Source: an uncultured bacterium
GTDB lineage: Bacteria > Verrucomicrobiota > Lentisphaeria > Victivallales > UBA1829
Length of the DNA: 64,000 nt
Assembly: GCA_902780135.1 (NCBI GenBank)
Contig: CACZEK010000013.1
Span: 46,470-110,469 of the forward strand
Direction of reading: 5' to 3'
How positions within the stretch are numbered: position 1 is the stretch's first letter; every line of letters starts with the position of its first letter. A program made the translations under genes and the position numbers. The notes beneath the pieces are model-generated. The model had not been told where the DNA came from, searched no databases, and was given only the letters and a program-made list of their open reading frames with translations. Of the stretch, positions 9,099-18,564 are shown one piece after another.

Positions 9099-12000
9099 GT
9101 TGGGATTATTCTGAAAATATCCTTGTTCAGGAAAGCGCGGGGAAACTGCTTCAGGATGAGCTTGGCTGGAATGTCAAGTTCGCGTACAACACGGAGGAGC
9201 TGGGCGTTGACGGGACTTTCGGACGGAAGTCGTACCGGGACATCCTGCTCGTGCGGTATTTCCGCGAAGCGCTGAAACGGCTCAACCCGTGGATGACCGA
9301 GGATCAGATATCGGAAGCTCAGAAGAAACTGGAAAACCGCCTGTCCACCGCGTCGCTGCTGCAGACGAACGAGGAGAAGTATTTCCTGATCCGCGACGGC
9401 ATCCCGGTGACGGTCAAGAAGCCTGACGGGAAGACGGAGACGAAGACCGCCACGGTGATCGACTTCCGGACCCCGGAGAACAACGAATTCCTGGCGATCA
9501 AGGAGCTGAAGATCCACGGAGAGCTGTACCGGAGGCGGACGGACATCGTGGGCTTCGTGAACGGCCTTCCGCTGCTCTTCGTGGAGCTGAAGAAGACGGC
9601 GGTGGACGTGCGGCACGCCTATGAGGACAATTACACCGACTACCTGGACACGATCCCGCATCTTTTCTACTACAACGCGTTCCTAATCCTCTCCAATGGC
9701 ATGGAGGCGAAGGTGGGGACGCTCGGCAGCAAGTACGGGTTCTTCCACGAATGGAAGCGTCTGGCGGAAAAGGACCCGGGCAACGTGGAGCTCCAGACCA
9801 TGCTGCGCGGCATCTGCCGGAAGGAAAACTTCCTCGACCTCCTCGAAAACTTCATCCTCTACGACCGGTCCAACGGGACCACGGCCAAAATCCTTGCCCA
9901 AAACCACCAGTACCTCGGCGTGAACGAGGCTGTCAGGGCGTACGAGTCGCGCAAGCTCAACAGCGGGAAGCTGGGCGTCTTCTGGCACACGCAGGGATCC
10001 GGCAAGAGTTATTCCATGGTCTTCCTCGCGAAGAAGATCCGCCGCAAATTCGCGGGATCGCCGACGATCGTGGTGCTGACCGACCGCGACGAGTTGAACA
10101 ACCAGATCAGCGAGACGTTCGAGAACTGCGGATTGCTCGGCAATACGAAGGCGGAGACGTTCATTGCCACCAGCGGCGATAACCTTGTCCAGAAGCTGAA
10201 AGGAAACCCCGGGTTCATTTTCACGCTGATCCAGAAATTCAACAAGCCGGACGAAACGCCGATCCGCCCCGACCACGATATCATCATTTTTTCGGACGAG
10301 GCGCACCGGAGCCAGTACGGCATTTTCGCAAGCAACATGGTGAACCTGCTCCCGACGGCCGCACGCATCGGTTTCACCGGGACGCCGCTGCTTTCCAGCG
10401 ACAACATCACCGCCCGCACCTTCGGCGGCTACGTCTCCGTGTACGACTTCAAGCGCGCCGTGGAGGACGGTGCAACCGTCCCGCTGTATTACGAGAACCG
10501 GGGCGAGAAGATCCAGAACCTGCACAACCCGGAGATCACGGACCGCATTCTGGACGCGATCGAGAACGCGGACATCGACGTTGACCAGCAGGCCAAACTG
10601 GAAGCCGAGTTCGCGAAGGAAATCCACCTGATGACCGCCGAACCGCGCCTGCGGTCCATCGCCAAGGACTTCGCAGGACATTATTCCGACCTGTGGACCA
10701 GCGGGAAAGCGATGTTCGTGTGCCTGAACAAGGTCACGTGCGTCCGCATGTACAACTATGTGCGGGAGTATTGGGACAAGGAGATCGAGGCGCTGAAGGC
10801 GCAGATCAAGACGGCCACGCAGCAGGAGGCGATGGAGCTGGGGCGCAAGCTCAAGTGGATGCAGGAAACGGAGATGGCCGTGGTCATCAGTCAGGAGCAG
10901 AACGAAATCCAGACCTTCGAGAAATGGGGCCTCGACATCAAGTATCACCGCGAGAAGATGGAGAAACGGAAGCTCGATAAGGAGTTCAAGGATCCCGCGA
11001 ATCCGCTCCGCGTGGTCTTCGTCTGCGCCATGTGGCTGACCGGGTTCGACGTGAAGTGTCTCTCCTGCCTGTACCTCGACAAGCCGTTGAAAGCGCACAC
11101 ACTGATGCAGACGATCGCGCGCGCCAACCGCGTGAGCGAGGGGAAGAGCAACGGACTGATCCTCGACTACATCGGCATCGTCAAGGCCCTTCGCAAGGCG
11201 CTCGCCGACTACACGGCGAACGTCGGCGGTCAGGGCGGCGATGATCCCGCCGTGGACAAGAGCAAGCTGATCGAACACATCCTCGCCACGATCCGGACGG
11301 CAAGGGCGTTCCTGAAAGCCCATGATTTCGAGCTGAACGACCTGATCGCCGCCACCGGGTTCGATAAGATGTATCTGCTGAAGAAGGCGGCGGACGCCGT
11401 TTGCACGAATATGGAGGACCGGAAGACGTTCTGCACCTGTGCGGCGGAGCTGAAGCGGCTCATGAAGTGCGCCGACCGCGATGACGTCACGCAGGAAACG
11501 CGCAAGGAATACGACGCGATCACGGCGATCTATGCCGAACTTCAGAAGAAGCGCATCCACGCCGACACGACCGATCTGATGGTCCAGATCAACTCGATCA
11601 TCAGCGAATACGTCGAGCTGGAGGACGCACCGGCCGGAGGAGATAAGAAGCCGCCCCGGATCGACATCAGCAAGATCGACTTTGACCGCCTGCGCCGCGA
11701 ATTCGAGAAGGTCAAAACGAAGCATCTGGTCATGAAGGAACTGGAGGAGCTGATTCAGCAGGGGTTGGCGCGCATGCTGCTGTCGAATCCGAACCGCATC
11801 AACTATTACGAACGGTATCAGAAAATCATCGAGGCGTACAACAGCGAACAGGACCGCGCCACGATCGAAAAGACCTTCATGGACCTGATGGCCCTGGCGG
11901 ACAGCCTGAACGAGGAAGAGCAGCGGTATGTGCGGGAAGGATTTTCCAGCGACGAGGAGCTGTCCATGTACGACATGCTGTTCCGGGACGACCTGTCGAA

Positions 12001-12232
12001 GAGTGATATTCAGAAGCTCAAGAAGGTCGCCGTCGATCTGCTCCGGAAGGTCAAGGCGAAGATCGCTGAGTTCGATCACTGGACGGACAAGCAGTCCACC
12101 AAGTCGGCGGTTGACAATCTGATTCGGGATATCCTGTGGAACGGATTGCCGGAGAGCTACGACGAATACATTGCCGAGTACCGCCAGAAAGTCTATGAGT
12201 ACGTCTACACGCGCTACAAGGAAGTGTCGTGA
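9095..12232 (+). CDS. hsdR: Type I restriction enzyme, endonuclease/translocase subunit HsdR
   Basis: 1045-aa ORF. Walker A 'WHTQGSGKSYSMVFLA'. DEAH box 'IIFSDEAHRSQYG'. Helicase motif VI 'QTIARANRV'. N-terminal nuclease region 'DIVGFVNGLPLLFVELKK'. Confidence 0.95.
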   Translation: MSWDYSENILVQESAGKLLQDELGWNVKFAYNTEELGVDGTFGRKSYRDILLVRYFREALKRLNPWMTEDQISEAQKKLENRLSTASLLQTNEEKYFLIRDGIPVTVKKPDGKTETKTATVIDFRTPENNEFLAIKELKIHGELYRRRTDIVGFVNGLPLLFVELKKTAVDVRHAYEDNYTDYLDTIPHLFYYNAFLILSNGMEAKVGTLGSKYGFFHEWKRLAEKDPGNVELQTMLRGICRKENFLDLLENFILYDRSNGTTAKILAQNHQYLGVNEAVRAYESRKLNSGKLGVFWHTQGSGKSYSMVFLAKKIRRKFAGSPTIVVLTDRDELNNQISETFENCGLLGNTKAETFIATSGDNLVQKLKGNPGFIFTLIQKFNKPDETPIRPDHDIIIFSDEAHRSQYGIFASNMVNLLPTAARIGFTGTPLLSSDNITARTFGGYVSVYDFKRAVEDGATVPLYYENRGEKIQNLHNPEITDRILDAIENADIDVDQQAKLEAEFAKEIHLMTAEPRLRSIAKDFAGHYSDLWTSGKAMFVCLNKVTCVRMYNYVREYWDKEIEALKAQIKTATQQEAMELGRKLKWMQETEMAVVISQEQNEIQTFEKWGLDIKYHREKMEKRKLDKEFKDPANPLRVVFVCAMWLTGFDVKCLSCLYLDKPLKAHTLMQTIARANRVSEGKSNGLILDYIGIVKALRKALADYTANVGGQGGDDPAVDKSKLIEHILATIRTARAFLKAHDFELNDLIAATGFDKMYLLKKAADAVCTNMEDRKTFCTCAAELKRLMKCADRDDVTQETRKEYDAITAIYAELQKKRIHADTTDLMVQINSIISEYVELEDAPAGGDKKPPRIDISKIDFDRLRREFEKVKTKHLVMKELEELIQQGLARMLLSNPNRINYYERYQKIIEAYNSEQDRATIEKTFMDLMALADSLNEEEQRYVREGFSSDEELSMYDMLFRDDLSKSDIQKLKKVAVDLLRKVKAKIAEFDHWTDKQSTKSAVDNLIRDILWNGLPESYDEYIAEYRQKVYEYVYTRYKEVS

Positions 12233-12249
12233 CGGACACGACGGTGAAG

Positions 12250-12599
12250 CCTGTTTTATCGACCATTGCCGTGGGGTAAGGCTCTGTCTTATGACAAGAA
12301 ACTCCGAAAAGCATTTACCGCGATATCGGATTTAAGTTCAAAATCAAATATCATAATCAATAGAATCGGGAGTATTTCGCCTCAAATCCGTGAACTTGGA
12401 AATCAAAAATCGTCACGGCTGCCACAAAACTGCTAAACCAGCCCTCGAAATCTTAGCAAATTGGCGCTTTTCGGGACCGACAGGGAGTCAGAAAGGGGGA
12501 TGCCGGACGTCCCGGTTAGCAGATTTTGAGCTCAATTTTGAGGGGAAGATACGAAAAAAGCCCGGTGGAATCCATCGGGCTTGAAGAATCGAATGGTGG
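12250..12599. repeat. Direct repeat, copy B (~350 bp), immediately after the hsdR stop
   Basis: See copy A. Begins ~18 nt after the hsdR stop codon. Lacks the 42-bp segment. Confidence 0.9.
12554..12580 (-). terminator. Terminator-like hairpin inside repeat copy B (same hairpin as 601-621)
   Basis: Identical GCCCGGTGG-AAT-CCATCGGGC hairpin at 12560-12580, preceded by an A6 tract. It may also stop plus-strand hsdR transcripts, but the plus-strand U tract is weak. Confidence 0.5.
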
Positions 12600-12852
12600 A
12601 GTATTCCATTCAAAAATAGAAAACCGCTAATGACCGCACGGGAATAAACGGATAATCGTCATGTCAAATAAAGAGAGCGATTCCCGCTTCAAGAAAGCAT
12701 GAATAACGCTTATCTTTCCGCTAATGTCCAACTCGGCCAACGGGGTGAACGTTAGCTGTCTTCAAAAATGAGATAATTTCTTTGGGGGTGTCTGCTTTTG
12801 TGGTATCGACGTCTTTGGGGGTCAGGTCGCGCAATCATCCTCTGCAAAAAGA

Positions 12853-13185
12853 CTAAAGATTGTAGAATTGTCGGAGCATCGCCAAAAGTTCAACTTCAGT
12901 TTCAATGAGTGCTGTTTCGGCAATTCGGTTCAGTGCTTCCGTTGTGACAGCTGCGACTTTTTCTGGCAAGGGAAAAGATCCGTCCGGCAAACCGTCAGCA
13001 AGACGAAAAATATCCTGTCGATGTTTTTCAATGTTGGCAAAGTCTTTCTGGGAAGGATTCTCTTTCCGTGACAGATCTAGCAATGCACAGCATTTCAACG
13101 TCATCAGTCCTTCCAGACACATGTAGGAAATGTTATCGGAAATCTTGTATATTCCATCGTAAAAAGCCGGGAAGCTGTGAAGCAT
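12853..13185 (-). CDS. Hypothetical 110-aa protein (weak call)
   Basis: Isolated ORF in a lower-GC gap between repeat copy B and tssC2. No recognisable motif and no obvious RBS checked. Confidence 0.3.
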   Translation of the reverse strand: MLHSFPAFYDGIYKISDNISYMCLEGLMTLKCCALLDLSRKENPSQKDFANIEKHRQDIFRLADGLPDGSFPLPEKVAAVTTEALNRIAETALIETEVELLAMLRQFYNL

Positions 13186-13364
13186 CGCTCCTGCAGCTCA
13201 GAGCCGGTTCTTGCTGTTGATGGGTGTGTAGTTTTCTTTTCATTTTCCCGATAGTGCCCCTTGAAAATGGAACGTTCCGCAATATATTAAAGGTAGATAG
13301 GTCTTTTTCGAGACGCAATCCCCCCCCATGAAGTAACATCCCATGAACAGGCAGGCCATACGAA

Positions 13365-14885
13365 ATGAAACCATCGGCTTATGCGGAAGAAGTCAAAGCA
13401 GAAGTGACTGCGCCTGCCGGAATTGAACAAGTTCGGGATGATCCTCCGCCTGAGCGGACGGAAGATCCCTTCGGGCTTCTCCTCGCTGAAAAAAGAGATG
13501 AAGAGGAGCGTCAAACGGGGATAGCGGCGCTGCTGAAAACGATTCTGCAGAACAGCAGCATGGCTGACGGGACAACGGACCCCGAGGAACTGATCGCCGG
13601 CATCATCGCCGAGATCGACAAGCGGCTTTCGGCACAGATCAACTTGATCCTGCACAATGAAGCATTCCAGCGGCTTGAGGGCACATGGCGCGGGCTTCAC
13701 TATCTCGTTTTTCAGTCTCCCACCGCCAACGACATCAAAATACGGGTCCTGAACCTATCGTTTCACGAGATGTTCAGCTGCCTGAAAAAATATCCCGGAA
13801 CGACCTGGGATCAGAGTCCCCTGTTCAAACTGATCTACGAATCCGAATTCGGGACGGCGGGCGGCGAGCCGTTCGGCTGCCTGATCGGGGATTATTATTT
13901 CGACGAAACGCCACCCCGCGTGGAAACGCTGAAGAGGATCGCGAAAATCGCGAGCGCAGCACACGTCCCGTTCATCTCGGGGACGTCGCCGGCGGTGATG
14001 AATATGGATTCCTGGCAGGAGCTCGCCAACCCCAGGGATTACAGCCGCATCTTCAATTCGCCCGAATATCTGACATGGCGGAACCTGCGGGACAATCCGG
14101 ACAGCCGGTATATCGCACTGACGCTGCCGAGAGTCCTGGCGCGCATCCCGTACGGGAGCCGGACTTCGCCTGTCAACGGAATGGATTTCGAGGAAGACGT
14201 GGGTGCTGGAGTCCCGCACAATCACTGCTGGATGAATGCGGCGTTCGTCATGGGGGGCAACGTGATCCGGGCGTATGCGAAATATGGCTGGTGCGTCCGC
14301 ATCTACGGATTCGACGGCGGAAGCTGCACGGATCTACTGCCATCCGGGCAATACCCGTTTTACGAGGATTCCCCGGTCCCGTCCCCGCTGGAGATCGCGA
14401 TCACGGACCAGCGCGAGACGGAGCTTTCCCGCAACGGTTTTCTGGCACTGTGCAGCCTGAAAAACACGAACCGCGCGGTATTCCAGAGCGGACAGACGCT
14501 GTATAAAGCCAAAACGTTTTCAACCAATGCGGCCACAAAGAACGAGGAATTGTCTTCCAAACTGCCCTGCGTATTCGCTGTAAGCCGTTTCGCGCACTAC
14601 CTGAAGTGCATCCTGAGAGACAAGATCGGCGGATTCCAGGCCCCGAAGGAAATGGAACGATGGCTGAACGACTGGCTGGCGGACTATGTATCCGGGGACC
14701 CGGACGCCCCGGACGAGATCAAGGCGAAATACCCCATGGCCGAGGCGCGCGTCAGAGTGGTCCCGCATCGGGATAAACCCGGTCACTTCGAAGCGGAGAT
14801 ATACCTTCGTCCGCACTATCAGCTCGACGGCCTGACAGCGGCAATCAAACTGATCGCGCAAATTCCGGAAAGAGATAAGATCTGA
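13365..14885 (+). CDS. tssC: T6SS contractile sheath large subunit TssC/VipB, second paralog (no adjacent tssB)
   Basis: 506 aa. Collinear with the 495-aa TssC at 34268-35755, with shared blocks such as 'TAGGEPFGCLIGDYYF', 'MNMDSWQ', 'RFAHYLKCI.RDKIG.F' and 'YLRPHYQL.GLT'. Identity is roughly 55-65% by eye after the first ~75 residues, which are unalignable. Confidence 0.9.
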   Translation: MKPSAYAEEVKAEVTAPAGIEQVRDDPPPERTEDPFGLLLAEKRDEEERQTGIAALLKTILQNSSMADGTTDPEELIAGIIAEIDKRLSAQINLILHNEAFQRLEGTWRGLHYLVFQSPTANDIKIRVLNLSFHEMFSCLKKYPGTTWDQSPLFKLIYESEFGTAGGEPFGCLIGDYYFDETPPRVETLKRIAKIASAAHVPFISGTSPAVMNMDSWQELANPRDYSRIFNSPEYLTWRNLRDNPDSRYIALTLPRVLARIPYGSRTSPVNGMDFEEDVGAGVPHNHCWMNAAFVMGGNVIRAYAKYGWCVRIYGFDGGSCTDLLPSGQYPFYEDSPVPSPLEIAITDQRETELSRNGFLALCSLKNTNRAVFQSGQTLYKAKTFSTNAATKNEELSSKLPCVFAVSRFAHYLKCILRDKIGGFQAPKEMERWLNDWLADYVSGDPDAPDEIKAKYPMAEARVRVVPHRDKPGHFEAEIYLRPHYQLDGLTAAIKLIAQIPERDKI

Positions 14886-14887
14886 GC

Positions 14888-15421
14888 ATGGAAAACCAAA
14901 CCGTTCAATACCGCTCACCCAAAAAACAGGACCGGTTTCTGCCGTGCCTGATGGCGCGGCTTACGGACAACGAGCCGCAGAACCGAATCGATCATATCCC
15001 GCAGATGTTCACGGTGGAGCAGCTGAAAAAGAACATCCTGAAGAACCTGGAGATGATCCTGAATTCAAGTTCGCGCCTGTCCGTGGACGAAAAGGAATGC
15101 GGCGCCATCGTCCGGGATTCCGTGCTGTTTCTGGGGCTCCCGAATTTTTCCGGCCGTCCGAGCAGCAAAGACGCCATCGACGAGCTCCGACAGGAGATCA
15201 TACATCAGATTCATTGTTTCGAACCTCGGATCAAAGCCGACACCCTGGAAGTCGAACTGGAGGAAACACCTGAATTCGGGGACGAGTATATCCTCCGCAT
15301 TTCTGGAACGGTCATGGCGGATCCGATCAACGAGTTCATCGTATTCGAGCAGAAAGTACTCTGGGACGCGGGATCCCTTTCCATCCTTCCCGAAGCGCAG
15401 AACGGAGGCAATCATGGATAA
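14888..15421 (+). CDS. tssE: T6SS baseplate subunit TssE (gp25-like)
   Basis: 177 aa. 'LMARLTDNEP', 'LKKNILKNLEMILNSSSR', 'SVLFLGLPNFSG' and 'FEPRI' are typical of the TssE/GPW_gp25 family. Confidence 0.9.
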   Translation: MENQTVQYRSPKKQDRFLPCLMARLTDNEPQNRIDHIPQMFTVEQLKKNILKNLEMILNSSSRLSVDEKECGAIVRDSVLFLGLPNFSGRPSSKDAIDELRQEIIHQIHCFEPRIKADTLEVELEETPEFGDEYILRISGTVMADPINEFIVFEQKVLWDAGSLSILPEAQNGGNHG

Positions 15422-17213
15422 ATCTTTGTTGGATTACTATCAGGAGAATCTGGAATATCTGCGGGATCAGGGAAGAGATTTTGCAAGAGAGTTTCCAAAG
15501 ATCGCGTCCCGACTGGAGATCACGGAAAATGAATGTGCGGATCCCTACGTCGAGCGCATTCTGGAAGGAACCGCTTTTCTGGCATCTAAAGTGGAACGCG
15601 AGCTGGACGAGAGCATGCCCAGGATGCTGGAATCCTTTTGGGGTAATACGATGCCCGTGGCTCTGGATCTGATCCCGTCGTTCTCGATTGCCGAGCTGAA
15701 GGATCTGGACCGGAGCAGCATCCCGGCGCATCCCGGGGGGCTCCCGGCGGGCAACCGTTTCGAGATCATGATGGAAGGCGTCAAGTCTCCATGCACGTTC
15801 TCCACGATGATACCTCTTTCCGTCCAGCCCGTGTCCTTGCAGGAGGTGCGTTATCTCAGTCTGGAGCTGGGAAAGTACGATCTGACAGCCAACGCCGGGC
15901 TGTATCTGAATTTTCAGCGGCTCGCGGACATCCCGCTCAAAGAATACCCCGACGATCTTCTAGTCTATCTGGATATGCCGGGGGAAATGGCGTCCAGGCT
16001 GCAGCAGCATCTCCAGACGGAATGTACGGCGATCTATGCCCTTGTCGACGGGCGGCCGCAGGCCGTGGACGGGATTCGTTTTACCATCCCGATGCTTGCC
16101 GAAGACGGGGAACCGACCTGGCCGGAGATTAAGGCTTCCGAACAGAAGTCTCTCTATCAGTTTGCCGTGTTCCAGCCCATGTTCCGTTTTATCCGAATTC
16201 ACGGATTCGGCCGGGTCCTGAAGAAAACCGCCGGCGAATCGCTGGAACTGATCATTACGTTCCGGAACCGCTGTTCCGACTTCATCCAGGTGATCGAGAA
16301 AAAAAACCTGCGCCTCAACTGCGTCCCGGTCTGCAATCTTTTCCGGAAAAAGTCCGACAGGATGCTGCTCGGGATGAAAGTACAGCACCATCTGGTCCCC
16401 GACCGGACCGCGCCGCTGGATTTCGAAGTGTCGCGCGTCCTCGGCGTTTCGATTTTCGACAACGGGAACCGGAAGCTGCTGGATCTGCACCGGCTGTTCG
16501 ACGCGGATTTTACGGCGGACGGGGAGGACTCGTTCAATTTCTTCTCCGTGCAGAGAGTCCCCCGGCTGAGGGGCGACACGGAGAAACGGCGTTCGACCTA
16601 TTCCGGGCAGGAAGTCTTCCTGTCGTTCAGCGGAGAGAAGTATCTGGAAATCCAGCAGAACGCCGTTCAGTTTTCGGCGGAAATGCTTTGCACAAACCGG
16701 GATCTTCCGCTGTTCCTGCGGAACGGCGCGGCACTGAAGGCAAAGGATTCCGGGCTGTTCAGGTCTGCGGTTCTGGTGACCTCCCCGACCGCGCCCGGGG
16801 CTCCGCTTCTGAGCGGGTTCGGGAAGGAATATGCGGAGAAAGCGGCATTTTATCTGCTTCATTTCTCCGACATGCTCTGGTGCGACAAGACGACATCCGG
16901 GGAGATGCTTCAGAAGATCATCCACATGCACATCCCGCGCAACCGGGAAGAGCTGTCCGGGCTGGAACGCAGTGTCATCACGATGGAGAGTACAAAAGAA
17001 GTATTCCGCTATGTTCTCCGCGGGCAGGTGTTCTTCGAGTCCGGCTGGAAAGTCCGTCTGGTTTTGGACGAGCTCGCATGCGCCGGTATCGGGTATTACA
17101 CGTTCGGCTGTGTCCTGCGGGAAATCCTGCGGAATTACAAGCCCGTCAATATGCCGGCGAAAATCATACTGGAAACAAAACAGCAGGGAGTGATCGCGGA
17201 ATGGATGATCTGA
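15414..17213 (+). CDS. tssF: T6SS baseplate subunit TssF (ImpG/VasA)
   Basis: 599 aa. N-terminus 'LLDYYQENLEYLRDQGRDFAREFPKIASRLE...DPYVERILEGTAFLASKV' is the canonical TssF start. Overlaps the tssE stop and the tssG start. Confidence 0.92.
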   Translation: MDKSLLDYYQENLEYLRDQGRDFAREFPKIASRLEITENECADPYVERILEGTAFLASKVERELDESMPRMLESFWGNTMPVALDLIPSFSIAELKDLDRSSIPAHPGGLPAGNRFEIMMEGVKSPCTFSTMIPLSVQPVSLQEVRYLSLELGKYDLTANAGLYLNFQRLADIPLKEYPDDLLVYLDMPGEMASRLQQHLQTECTAIYALVDGRPQAVDGIRFTIPMLAEDGEPTWPEIKASEQKSLYQFAVFQPMFRFIRIHGFGRVLKKTAGESLELIITFRNRCSDFIQVIEKKNLRLNCVPVCNLFRKKSDRMLLGMKVQHHLVPDRTAPLDFEVSRVLGVSIFDNGNRKLLDLHRLFDADFTADGEDSFNFFSVQRVPRLRGDTEKRRSTYSGQEVFLSFSGEKYLEIQQNAVQFSAEMLCTNRDLPLFLRNGAALKAKDSGLFRSAVLVTSPTAPGAPLLSGFGKEYAEKAAFYLLHFSDMLWCDKTTSGEMLQKIIHMHIPRNREELSGLERSVITMESTKEVFRYVLRGQVFFESGWKVRLVLDELACAGIGYYTFGCVLREILRNYKPVNMPAKIILETKQQGVIAEWMI

Positions 17214-18259
17214 AACGGTTCCACAAACAGATCGCATCCCTGCTGTCGTCCGGGAAGATGGAGCCGGACTTCTTTGAAGTGGTCCGGCAGTTCGAGCAGC
17301 AGCATCCAGAGCTTCCCCGCATCGGTTATGCCAGGCGGAGCAGCCAGGAGGCGCTGCGGTTCGGGCAGACGCCGTCGCTGCATTTCTCGGAAACGGTGAT
17401 GGATTCCCTGCAGGAGGGGCCGGACGGCGCGATGCGGCTGTTCGTCAATTTCTTCGGGCTGTGCGGGGTGAACGGGCCGATGCCGCTGGAGTTCACGTCC
17501 ACGGTCTTCCAGCGTTCCCACAACCATTACGACCGCACTATCCAGCGTTTTCTGGACATCGTGAATCATCCTTTTCTCCGGTTGTATTACCGGGCTTACG
17601 CGGATCATACCGCGGCGATCTGCTGCGACCGTCCGAAGGAGAGCTTCGTGGAACGGCTCTTCAAGGTCCTGCTCGCGCAGCCGGACGGAATCGCGGACAG
17701 CAGAAAAAAGAAAAACCTGTGGTTTGCCGAAAGCGCCCATCTCGTCAGCACACGGCGAAGCCGCGGCGGTCTGTTCCGGGTCCTGTCCGATGTTCTGCAT
17801 ATTCCGGTTTCCATCGAGGAGCGTGTGACGGGACATTACGACATCCCGCGGCATTATCTGTGCCGTCTCGGGACGGACAGGCAATCCCAACTGGGGGTCA
17901 ACACGCAAATCGGCAGGCATTTCCTCAGCAACACGAAGAAGATCGGGATCCATTTCGGGCCTATCGATTTCAGGCGGTACTGCTGCTTCCTGCCGGAACG
18001 CGAATCGTTCTCCCTGATCGCGTCGGTGACCAGCCGCTTTTTTGAGAACCCGATGGAATACGATTTCATCTTCTGTCTGAAGACCGATACTCTGCCTCCT
18101 GCCACACTGAACCGGACCGTCGCCCTGGGGCACAGCGCCTGGCTGGGGCGTCCCCGGGGGCAGGAAACATCCGTCAGGCTGGACGCCAGCCGGATCTTCA
18201 CGGAACTGCACAAGAAAAAACAGACATCTCAACCTCCCGTAACAGTAAGGAGTCTTTAA
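17201..18259 (+). CDS. tssG: T6SS baseplate subunit TssG (ImpH/VasB)
   Basis: The tracked ORF (16688-18259) is open far upstream inside tssF. The in-frame ATG at 17201 ('MDDLKRFHKQIASLL...FFEVVRQFEQ...PRIGYA....EALRFGQTPSLHF') gives a 352-aa TssG-like protein overlapping tssF by 13 nt. Confidence 0.88.
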   Translation: MDDLKRFHKQIASLLSSGKMEPDFFEVVRQFEQQHPELPRIGYARRSSQEALRFGQTPSLHFSETVMDSLQEGPDGAMRLFVNFFGLCGVNGPMPLEFTSTVFQRSHNHYDRTIQRFLDIVNHPFLRLYYRAYADHTAAICCDRPKESFVERLFKVLLAQPDGIADSRKKKNLWFAESAHLVSTRRSRGGLFRVLSDVLHIPVSIEERVTGHYDIPRHYLCRLGTDRQSQLGVNTQIGRHFLSNTKKIGIHFGPIDFRRYCCFLPERESFSLIASVTSRFFENPMEYDFIFCLKTDTLPPATLNRTVALGHSAWLGRPRGQETSVRLDASRIFTELHKKKQTSQPPVTVRSL

Positions 18260-18260
18260 A

Positions 18261-18551
18261 ATGCCCATGCCGATCGCTGTTATGACATCGCACACCGGAA
18301 CCGGAGACACCGTGGTCGGGCCCGGTTCCACGAAAGTCCTGTGTAAGGGAAAACCCGCCGTGACCATGGGGGCATCCGTCACGGGAGCCGCATGCGTCGG
18401 GACGGCGGCGGTCAATCCAAACCCGCAGGTCCTGGTCGAGAACAAACCTGTGCTGCACCTGACGTCCCAGGCGACCGGCAGCAATCCCGCAACGGGCGCT
18501 CCTGTTACAACTCCCATTATCGACACTTCGGCCACGACGATCCTGTCGTAA
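18261..18551 (+). CDS. PAAR-like (DUF4150-type) spike-tip protein
   Basis: 96 aa, Gly/Thr/Val-rich with short beta-strand repeats ('VLCKGKPAVTMG', 'VLVENKPVLHLTS'). Sits directly between tssG and vgrG. Confidence 0.75.
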   Translation: MPMPIAVMTSHTGTGDTVVGPGSTKVLCKGKPAVTMGASVTGAACVGTAAVNPNPQVLVENKPVLHLTSQATGSNPATGAPVTTPIIDTSATTILS

Positions 18552-18564
18552 GAAAACGAGGTCC

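Noticed and set aside
16688-17200. Upstream 171 codons of the tracked tssG ORF (start at 16688).
   Set aside because: This stretch lies entirely inside tssF in another frame, with an Arg/Gly-rich nonsense-like translation. TssG homology begins at the ATG at 17201.
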